From assembly GCA_010405405.1 (NCBI GenBank), contig MU004241.1, forward strand, positions 1,337,942 through 1,401,941: a DNA stretch of 64,000 nucleotides, read 5' to 3'. This document shows positions 53,968-64,000 of this stretch, piece by piece (position 1 is the stretch's first letter; each line of letters starts with the position of its first letter). A model generated the notes under the pieces. That model was not told where the DNA came from, made no database searches, and saw only the letters and a program-made list of their open reading frames with translations. This stretch comes from Microthyrium microscopicum (Eukaryota). Both the position numbers and the translations under genes were made by a program.

Positions 53968-55058
53968 ATGTTCACGATTATCTTTGCTCTCCGTAAATCC
54001 TTCTTGAAACCTTTCACCAGAACCGTTTTCGAGCCCTTCTCTACAATGGCGATAAACAGCTCAGCAAATGGAATAGCAACCGGCATCAAAACCTCTCCAC
54101 AATCCAATGGTGACATCAACAACACGGCCGCTGCGCGCGCACAAGTCCTCATTGAAGGAGACATATCATACACTGGCCGTGATTTGTCCATATCTCCTGC
54201 AGAAGACGATGCCCAAGTGCGACAGGACTATCGACCCTTTCTCTTGGCGGAAGAGATTGCGAAGGGTGACTGGGTAGCTGAGCTCGAGCTAAATACGGCG
54301 CTACAGATAGTGGATAGGGAGATTATAAGGAAAAGCCAAGAGAGATTGAAGGTTCTGGTTCTCTATGGGAGCCTAAGGGAACGGTTCGTCTTGAACATGG
54401 AGAGTCAGTGTCGCAAATTCGCTAACGGAGGGACAGTTCATTTTCGAGACTATTGGCTTTCGAAGCCTCGAGAATACTGTTTAGACTTGGATGCGACGTT
54501 CGAGTTTACAACCCAGCTGGTCTTCCAGTGAAAGATGACGTTCAATTCTCCCACCCCAAGGTCCAAGAATTGCGGGAGTTAAGTAGATGGAGCGATGGTC
54601 ACGTCTGGGTTAGTCCTGAACAGCATGGAACCCTTACCGCGGTTTTCAAAAACCAAATAGATTGGATCCCACTTTCGACAGGCTCTGTTCGCCCAACTCA
54701 AGGGAGAACCCTCGCGATCGCTCAATGCAATGGCGGTTCTCAATCTTTCAACTCAGTTAATTCTTTGCGGATCCTTGGAAGGTGGATGCGAATGTTCACA
54801 ATTCCGAATCAAAGCTCAATACCAAAGGCTTATACCCAGTTTACAGAAAAAGACGGGCCAGAAGGGGGAAGCAGATTGATGCCGAGTGGGAATAGGGAGC
54901 GCTTGGTCGATTGTATGGAGGAGTTTGTTAAGTATACTATTGTTATGAGACCGCACTTTGATTTGTTTGGCGACAGATTTAGTGAGAGGATGCAGAGAAA
55001 AGCTAAAGAGGAGAAGGCGAAGGCCCAGGAGAAGCCCCATGAGAATACATCGGCGTAG
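53968..55058 (+). CDS. arsH: ArsH NADPH-dependent FMN reductase (organoarsenical oxidase family); exons 53968-54383, 54437-55058; alternative start 54046
   Basis: Splicing restores [19 protein letters not shown]. Further motifs [68 protein letters not shown]. Confidence 0.96.
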
Positions 55059-55288
55059 GGTATCAGAGGGTGGGGCAGGCAGAGAAAAATATAGACTTGA
55101 AATCAACATCCAGATGCAACTTTAGAACGGTCGCTTGGATACCCTTTTCAAATGGTCAAGTCTAGTACGGAAAAGCAATGCTACCTTCTCTTGAAGCGAG
55201 CCAATAGTTTGCATGTAGTGACATTCAGTTTGGAGATATATTAGGCTAGTGCACGTACCGAAAGCATCTATTTCGGATGTCGTAAACG

Positions 55289-55893
55289 ATGCACTTTTTC
55301 CAGCTCCAGCCTTCTTCCCGTTTGCTTCTCAATCATTTGCTCAAGTCTGTTTGCCGCTGCCAAATTGACCGAAGGACTGCCTCGACAATGACATCAATCC
55401 CCTTAGATTCCCCATGGGATCCTAATTACCCAATCGCCCGAAACCAGAATCCAGCATCACTCACTCGGCACGACATCCTCTCTATACTTTCCTCTGGCCA
55501 GAAGCCAGGTGAAGATTTCATACTCATTGACCTTCGACGAGAAGATCATATTGTAGGTCATCTCTCGTTCCAGTTCAATCGCACCATTTTAATTCAGACC
55601 AGGGCGGCGCGATCCAAGGATCCATTAACATACCAGCGCAAACTCTATACCCGACTATTCCAGCATTGTACAGTCTTTTCTCGAATGCAGGGGTTAAGTC
55701 TGTGGTATGGTTCTGTGGGTCATCTCAACATCGCGGATTTCGGGCTGCTGCGTGGTTCGACGACTATATTCAATCACGAGGCAATGAGGAGATGAGGAGC
55801 TTTCGACTTCACGAGGGAATCAAGGGCTGGGCGACTGGAGGCGCAGAGTTCACTCAACGGATGGATGGGTATGTTAAGGAAGCTTGGGATTAA
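55289..55893 (+). CDS. ACR2: Cdc25/rhodanese-fold arsenate reductase (Acr2-like), paralogue b; exons 55289 (or 55388)-55552, 55603-55893
   Basis: LIDLRREDHI|GGAIQGSINIPAQTL, C(X)5R loop FCGSSQHRG and LHEGIKGW. GT-AG intron 55553-55602 is at the same position as intron 1 of paralogue a. Confidence 0.9.
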
Positions 55894-56020
55894 CTTTTCT
55901 GCTGCAAGAGCAAAACACCGCTGTCTTCTGGTTTTTGCAGAGAAAGAGCGGCAGCATTACTCGGGCAAGAAAATTAGACTACTCTCGGGCTTTCCACCAT
56001 TCTTCAATTACAGTACATTG

Positions 56021-57419
56021 TTAATAACAGCTATATTCGGGTAATATCTAGTCGTAAGTCAGAAAATTAGCCACTGGACTCGATAAAGTAGTAATACACG
56101 TACCTCGTCCCTGCCCAAATTTCCCTCAGCGCCCTCACACGTCCTCGAATTTGTCCGATGTACAGACGTAGTCCGCTCAAACGGATATACCACCTGTAAC
56201 GGCATCTCGAATTCCATGGGTTTCGCGTGTATTCCACTCACGCTGATCTTCGCTAGAAAAGAATACGATCTCGCTAGTAGTACACTACAGAAACTAGGCA
56301 ATAATACCTGAGATGGGTTGATTTGGATCTTCAAAGAAGTACTCCAAGATTGCGGCTCATGCAAGGAGGGTGTCCACTCCAGGTTTCCATGGCGCTGTTC
56401 TTCCAGTCTTACAATGTCGTCATGAAGTTGTAGGAGATTTTCCGAAGACAGGTCGCTTTGGTTCGGCATGCAATGCATCGGCTTCGCAGAGTAGTATGTT
56501 TTAACCCGTATTCCAGATTTGATGCGGATAGCCATCTGCATCCGTCGATTTATGGGGAGTGTAGCACGAAGAGACAGCCGTAGAGTAGTTTCTGTTGAAG
56601 GCGTTGATGCTGAAGTGGGATATACAAGAGCATTTGGTTCGTCTAAGCTTGAGTTTAGAGTTCCGACGCGTGGTCCAAGATAGTATCGCCGTAGCATGGA
56701 TGTAACAGAGGCGATGAACTCGCTGGGGTAGTCAAGGGTATTTGTTGGAGGGGAAACCTCTGAATATGGAAGAATGTTGATTTCTTTGGCTGCAGTGACT
56801 TTCAGCCGCGCCTCTGTGTCGGTGGTGGTAGCGTAGTAGTTGAGCGAGGCAGATAGCAGGTATTGGATGCCCGCTCTTGGTCGGTCCGCGTCGTATGTGC
56901 GGTATCCGCTGGCTTGAAGGGAAGGGGGGAGAACCCGGCATACGACAGGAACTGAATGGTTATACTCCTTAGTAACTGGGGGAATAATGAAGTAGAATTT
57001 GAAGGTGTATATCCAGAGTTTTGATTGTTCAATTTGAATCGCGTTGACACTGAAATTTTGATGCATTTTAAGAAACTGCATCTAGCTTAGCGAAAATACC
57101 ACAGGAAAAGCAGGCTATCGCGTTTTTGACTAACTGTTTCTGAAGATTGATGCACAACTATGTCATAAACGGGTCTAGGGCGATCCACAACGAAGGTGGT
57201 CTGGAGACCTAATCGGATATTTAGAATGCCAATTCGCATCGGGTTTGTATATGTTCTACCTTGTAACGACATGTTGAGATTTCTGAAACTCAATTCCATA
57301 GAAGATCGTATTCGAACCTCGCCTTCAAGTGAGCTAAAGGGCCGGTATACATTGACGTTTCCGTCGCATTCCTCGCATTGAAAGAGGACAATTTCTACCA
57401 CGGGGGATTGTATTGTCAT
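56021..57419 (-). CDS. Arrestin-like (ART/Bul1-type) protein, ~412 aa; exons 57419-57260, 57208-57135, 57081-56104, 56047-56021
   Basis: Beta-rich pattern with LEGEVRI, FKFYFIIP, LPPSL..IQYLLSA and LLPSFCSVLLARSY. Three GT-AG introns keep frame; the last exon encodes ILPEYSCY* (LPxY-type motif). Family call is by motif resemblance only. Confidence 0.65.
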
Positions 57420-57999
57420 CTCGTGAAGGAATATATTGGGGATAAATGTGATTGCGATTGCGGAATGTAAGGTGTGTAGAAGTATGCAGATTGACGAAAT
57501 ATAAGAGGGGTTATATTTATTATCTCTTGAGCTCCCTTCCTCGTTATTGTGCTCTCGATAAGTCGGTTGTGCTGCGTGTGCGTGCAGGACCGACGGGCGT
57601 GGTCTATCCCTTGTATTTGACTTGTTCGCTGCAACCAATGAGACGGGTGCAGTGACTTACCGTATCATTGAATGCGCCTCACCCAGGTGGTTTCAGGCTT
57701 CAGCCTTCCAAGGTGACCACATGCGTCTTCAGTGACTGTCGGATGATTCGAATAATACCAAATCATCCCCTGTTATTGCAGCTCTCGCCATATACTGACA
57801 AATATGCGGGCATTGTGGAACAGGCGAGAACCTCTTCATTACTGTTCAGAAAACGTTGTTTGCCTTGTTCCTCGCTCTTTCATTAACTGACGCCAGCTCG
57901 ACTTTCCTTCCACTCCTAGTACTGCAAATTTTGGTTCCAGCAATTGCTTTGATTGGTTTTCCTATATTTGCTCCATGGAAGGAAGGGTTGGTGGAAACA

Positions 58000-58726
58000 A
58001 TGTCGACGATGCCACACGAGCCACAAAGTCCGTCTGCGACACAGTCTGCTAGCTCACCGCAACAAACAGCACATCTTTCTACAAGTAACAAATGCAAGCG
58101 TCCAGGACCAAGGTTGCAGCGCGACACTTCGACGCGTCGACGACAGACCAACTATCTATCAATTCAGCCGTTGCTGCAGCAACAACAGGTATTGCGGAAA
58201 GAACATGACGCTCCAGAAAAAAAAAGTTAGTAGGTGTTCGATCCAGTTAGCTTTATATGATCAATAATCAATCAATCCAGCAGCCCAGCATGGAGCCGCT
58301 TTGGAGGAGCTGACATCCAAATCCAATTATCAGTTCATCGCCGACGGCAGTCACTCTCAGCTTGGTCTCTCTTTTCCAGACGAAATTGTACTCAGCGTCC
58401 ACTCCAAACGTGAGAACCATTCAGCGGCGGAGCAGGCTCGACGGGATCGTCTTAAATCCGCTTTCCTGGAGATGTCCGCAGTGCTAGCCGGCAAAGGCCA
58501 AGAATCTAGGATCGATGTAAACAGATCCAGAGCAGTACATACGAAAGATGGCAACCCAGGGATCATCAATAAGGATAAAGATGCCGCAACGTTCCAAAAA
58601 GTGGTTCCAAAGGCAAAGCTTGTTGAGATGGCAATAGACAGAATCAACACTCAACAGAAGGAGTTGGAGGAGTTGAGGCGGAGCCTAGATAACTGCCAGC
58701 GTCGTATGGAAAAATGTCAAGAGTGA
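58000..58726 (+). CDS. bHLH transcription factor with a Pho4/NUC-1-like DNA-binding domain, ~223 aa; exons 58000-58225, 58281-58726
   Basis: KRENHSAAEQARRDRL (H-E-R E-box residues; compare Pho4 KRESHKHAEQARRNRL), long loop, helix 2 PKAKLVEMAIDRI and a coiled tail. The GTTAGT...CAG intron restores frame. Confidence 0.78.
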
Positions 58727-58944
58727 AAGAAATTGAAATACAAAAATGACAGGAAGCGCATCGAGATAATCATCTAATTTTTTCATGGCGGAAGCCCTTT
58801 AACGTTGGAGCTTCGTGAGCCACGGAAGAGGACGGCAAATGGCAATTCTCGTGGGTTACTCATCATGAGAACGGAGATAAGTGTTTAGCCTACAGATTGA
58901 CCTATTTGGTTCCTCGATCAAAGAAGGCGTTTTCTAAACGGCGT

Positions 58945-61425
58945 CAGTACATTTACTAAAAAGCGCCTAGATATTTACTAGAAAGCGCTAGAGCCAATAA
59001 TCCTATACAGACTATGCCTAAATAGGAAATTAATTAAATATTATTAGTGTAGAGCCTATAGAATTACGTGTTCTAGCTCTAATATTCTTAAAGTATAGAA
59101 AGATTAACTCTATTACTACAGACAAACGCTATAGGACTAGCCTAGAATATTAACTTTCTTAACTCTATTTTTACGCCTAAAATACGTTCTAAAAGAGATC
59201 TTATCCTACTATTACTTATTACTATTTATATACTCTCTTGTAGCTAATTTCTACTATATCTTAACCTTATTTTTAGTAGTATTACCTACGTTCTAGCGGT
59301 CTAAAGGAGGGTCGTTCTAGAAGCTATTAAGATTGCTATTAGGGTTATTTTTACTTCTTTAAAGTTACTATTATCGTTATAGTAGTAGTAGTTAAAGTAC
59401 TAATAGTACTATCTTATATAGTTATCTTAATAGTAGTAGTAGTAGAAACTAGCGTAGGAATTAGTACTAATACTACTAAAGCTATAGATCTAGCTTCTAT
59501 ATAGTAGAGCTAGCGTTCTAGCTCTATAATCTAAGTATAAAGTATAGTATTATTAATATTTTTAGGAAGCACTAAAGAAGCTATAGCTAAAGATAAGGCT
59601 ATAGTAATTACTAGACACTATCTTTTAGATATAGGACTACTTATAGAAGTAGTTAGATTAACTATTAAAGCCTCTATAGTAGTAACTATAACTTATTACT
59701 ACTTAGTAGTATATTATATATACTAATCCTTATCTATAGTTAAAAGATTAATGAATTCTACGTCTAGTACTATAGCTATAGCTCTAGCTTCTTTAACATT
59801 ATAATCTATAAGTACTAGTAGCTTAAATTAAGATAGGATTTAACTTAAAGGAGCCTATAGACGTTAATTAGGTTAAAAATAAGACTAAGAGGGCTATCTA
59901 CTAGTAGATACTTAAAGTAAAGGTAGAATCTATAGTAGTAGTAGTAGTAGCTATAGAGTAGGACTAATAAAAAGTACTAGAGGTTAAATATATAGCACTC
60001 TAGATTAAATTTAATTATAATACTAATATAGATTAATATCTTCTTACTAAAGCTACTATAAAGTATTCTAGAATAGATATTTCTTAATTATATAACTATA
60101 AAGTAATCTATATATTAAATTAAACGTTTTTAAGTATTCTATAGTTAGTTAAGTACTAGTAACCTTTTTTTACTATTTTTAATACTACTTTGTAATTAGC
60201 TTTAACGCGTAGGAACTAATATAGTATAAAGACAATTAGTAGAGAATAGGAAAATATTAAGTCTTTAATAAGGAATCTTTCTTATTAGAATTAAGCTAAG
60301 TAATTCCTTTTAAGTACTTAACTTAATAGTAGATAGCTTTACCTAAGGAATCTACTATCTTTAATATATTACTAGTAGGAGTAATCTATATCTTTAATGT
60401 ATTATAGAGGCTTTCTAGTAATAATATTATTATAGTATTAAAATATTAGAATCTATAAATAAAAGTAGTATATAATTTCTTCTTAAATAGTATTTAGGTA
60501 TTAATAAGATATTTAATAAATCTTAAGTCCTTAATATCTATAAATTAGCTTTTTATAGTATTCTAAGTAATATCTAGAGCTTTCTTAGTAGGAATATTAA
60601 TAACCTATAGATTTATTAGTAAAATAACTATTAGAAGAGCTAAGAGTAGCTTACCTCTTACTAAAGTAAAAGTACTATATTTTAAGATCTTTAAGTAGTA
60701 TCTCTACTCTCTTAATTTAGTATAAAATTAGTAGTTTTTTATATCTCTCTAATCTTCTATTTAATATTCTTACTATAGTAGAATTAACATATAAGCTATA
60801 GAGTAGGAATAGTAGTCTTAAAAGTATTTTTAAGTACTTTATATTAGTTTATAAATATAATATTTAAAAGTTTAGTTTTAGGCTTCTTTATAAGCTAATT
60901 AAACGTTTCTAAAGCCTATTTATATTTCTTTTTATCTTTACTTATTATAAAACAGAAAGCTATAGAGAAGTATTTATATATAGTAATAAATACTATAATA
61001 TAAAACATTAGTATTTTATAGTAATTTATTTTCTATATAGTATTAAAGAGTAAGATATTAGAATAAGCGTAATAAAGAGTAATTATAGACTTTAAAGTAA
61101 TAAAAAAAGATTTTAGATATTCTTATTTAAGTTAAATTCTTAAGATAAACTTATTATATAATTTTAACTTATTTAATATATATTCTAGTAGTATACAACC
61201 TACTAATTATAATATTCTTTTAGCTTAATTTACGTTATAAACGTCTTTAATATTAATATTAATTCTAGAATACTATAGATAGATTTTATTAAGAATCTTT
61301 ACTAGCTAGTTATTAGCCTAATAGAGAACATTAATTTTAGCTTTAAAGTTATTTATATAGAGAGTATATTATTAATAAGTAGTAAAGACATATAATTTAA
61401 TTAGAAAGTATAAATATTTATAATT
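58945..61425. repeat. Unclassified RIP-degraded sequence, probably a transposon, at the right border of the cluster
   Basis: Abrupt rise in AT/TpA. Short direct repeat atttacta(a/g)aaagcgc twice at ~58950-58988 resembles a terminal structure; family not identified. Confidence 0.45.
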
Positions 61426-64000
61426 ATATATAAATCTTATTTATTGTCTTTTAGCTACGCTAATAGGCTATATAGACGCTACTCTTACTTTTAGAAAAAC
61501 CCCTATAGGGAAACCTATAGTATTCCTTTAGTTACCTTCTAGCAGTCTTATTCTATTATTATTATAATATTCTCTTAGTCTACTACTTCTAAATAAAAGA
61601 ACTTATATTATCTCTCTATAAATTATAAGCCTACTAAAAGAATTCTAGTTAGTAGGTTAATATAGTAAGTAACTAGTAGTTACTAACTACTAGGGGCTCT
61701 ATATAGCTTAAGTATACTATATATTATATAGATCCTACGCTACGCGTTAAAATCTTAATCCTTAATACTATCTCTATTATTAGTTTCTCTTTTAAGACTT
61801 ATTTATTACTTAATTATTTAAGGCTATAGCATCCTTTAAGATAGGTTAAATCTAGCTTCTTAGTACCTATTTCTATTTAGTATTATCTTATTATTAAGTT
61901 TTACTATTATAGTTTAATAAGTTTCTATTAATCTTTCCTTTCTTAAGGACTTATAGCTATTATCTTTATATAGTTAACTTTCTATATAGTTTTATAATAG
62001 GCATATATAATATATATTTTTAAGTTTTTATAATTAATTTCTACCCTTAATAGGCTCTAGTATTACTATAGCCCTTAGCTATATTAAGCCCTCTCTTTTA
62101 ATACCTATTAAGTAAAGTATCTATAATACTCCTTAGCTAAGTTTTTCTTATTAATTTACGCTCTTTAATACTATATAATAAGCTACTAAATAGCTATCTT
62201 TAAGTTTCTAGTAGTCTATATAGTCTACCTTTAGGGTATAAAGTATTTTAAATCTATATAGTTTTAGTTACTTCTTCCTCTCTAAGTTTTTATTATATCT
62301 TTTACTCTTCCTAATTCCTTTTTTAAGAGTAAGTCCTCTATAGGCTCTCTTTCTTCCTCTCTCTCTTACCTTTAGGTACTTAGTAAACGTTCTATACCTA
62401 TAAGTATCTCTTTTTTATTATCTCTAAAAAAGGTAAAAACTATTTTATTTATAGATATTAAAAATACTACTTTATCCTTAGATATAAAATTAGCTAATTC
62501 TATCCTAGCTTTTATTATAAGTTATTTAGTATTCTTTTATATATAGTATTAATTATTATAATATAAACTATATATATTCCTAGCATAAAAATTTATTTAT
62601 ACTATTTTTAAGTATTATACTATTATATAAAGTTACTTAATAGTAAGTACTTAGTTAGTTTTAGTATACTTATTATAATAATTACTTATATTTATAGTTA
62701 GGCTAGCCCTAACTAGCGTTCTTACTCTTATTATAAAGAGTAATATTCTAAGTATAAGACTATAAGTATATCCTTACTCTTAATCTTCTACCTTTTCTAA
62801 TATTATAATAAAGTACTAGTAGAGTTAAAAAAGTAGAGTAAGTACCTTTAATACGCTTTTAATAAAGTAATAACTAACCTAGTTAATCTTTATTAAGGTA
62901 TTAAGGAGTACGTATTATTAGATATAAATAAGAAGGCTACTAAGTAAGTAAAAGTTATAAAAAGTTTAGTAAGTAAGTTTACTAGCTATAGGGCCTAATT
63001 TACTTTTACTATAGCTTTACTAATATAGTAAAAGAAGAAGAAGCTAAAAGTTAATATAGCTATACTAGCTATTAATTTAGCTTATCTATAAGCTATCTTA
63101 CTAGAGCTTTATACTTAAAGCGTAAAGATAGATTTATTAATAAAGATATCCTAATTATTAAGTAGGATAGTATTATTATTTAATAAAAAGTAGTAAATAG
63201 ATATAGAATAAAATTAATTATATTCTTAGACTTAGTTATTTCTTTTATAATTATATATTACTAGCTTATTAGTATTATAGTATTATAGTTAGTTATTTAT
63301 AAGATCCTTAAGTTTTAGTAGTTCTCTATATATCTTAAGGTCTATTTTTATAATCTTTTTAGTTAGCCTAAATTACTAAAGAGCTCTACTTTTTAGTAGC
63401 TATCTAGCTATTACCTAGGTATCTCTTAAATTAAAAAGTATATAAGCCTTATTTAGTATTATTACTTATTCTAGTAATCTCTCTTTATAATATTATAGGT
63501 AGTTTAGTAGTATATAATAAACTATTTATTACTAATAACTATATAGATACTATAGTAAAGAGATTATTAGTACCTATATGCTATATAGCTAGTTATTAAG
63601 TTTAATAACTTTTAATTATATAAGAAAAAACGCTATTACTTATACTTTATTAAGATTATTATAAAGCTTAATTAGTTAGTTACTCTATAATATTCTCTAT
63701 ACTATAGTAATATATTACTATATCTTTATAAGCTATACCTAAGTATCTATTTAGAGCTTATAGTAATATACCCTAATTAGAGATATTTCTAGCTCTAGTT
63801 TAGTTTTTACTTTCTTCTCTTTCTATAACGTACTATCTATTAATTATATTACTTATTTATAATTAGTATTTTACTTTTACTTTATCTCTAATCTCTTTTT
63901 TTATTATTTTAGTACGTTAACTTTTTAAGCTATAATCTTAGTTATATATATCTATACTAGTTTAAGTATTACTAAGCTTCTTAGTTATTATTACTAAGGA
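61426..64000 (-). mobile_element. Tad-like LINE copy 3, 3' part; continues beyond the window
   Basis: Reverse complement of 19487-21761 and ~4070-4357; shared tail at 61431-61487; lacks the Gypsy B insertion (empty site ~63700). Confidence 0.88.

Noticed and set aside
54384..54436. Apparent frameshifts in arsH, and similarly in ACR2a/b, ACR3 and MFS, suggesting pseudogenes
   Set aside because: Each is explained by a short intron whose removal restores the conserved motifs.
58258..58270. TGATCAATAATCA, one mismatch from the Yap8 element TGATTAATAATCA
   Set aside because: Lies in the bHLH intron within low-complexity (ATCA)n near the branch region, not in a promoter.
39423..58650. Numerous short overlapping or antisense ORFs in the supplied track
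   Set aside because: They are alternative frames of the eight real genes and have no independent motif support.

Overview
Filamentous-ascomycete (Pezizomycotina-like) genomic DNA. About 53 kb is extremely AT-rich transposon debris with the RIP signature (C>T/G>A transitions between copies, TpA excess, no long ORFs). It resolves into a nest of elements: Ty3/Gypsy family A (two full copies), family B (one full copy), family C (partial), three copies of a Tad-like LINE with a long 3' extension, two full-length copies of a ~1.19 kb tRNA-headed SINE sharing the LINE's 3' end, and several non-autonomous TIR elements. Two GC-balanced islands (~38844-44616 and ~53898-58940) hold eight intact, intron-containing genes: an MCT-type MFS transporter, ACR3 arsenite exporter, Cys-tailed bZIP factor, ACR2-like arsenate reductase, arsH, a second ACR2-like reductase, an arrestin-like adaptor and a Pho4/NUC-1-like bHLH factor. 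The 9.3 kb between the islands is one insertion, bounded by a perfect 28-bp inverted repeat with a Gypsy nested inside. The islands are therefore one ~11 kb arsenic-resistance cluster split about 70 bp upstream of arsH. All exon structures and motifs were read by eye; no database searches were run.
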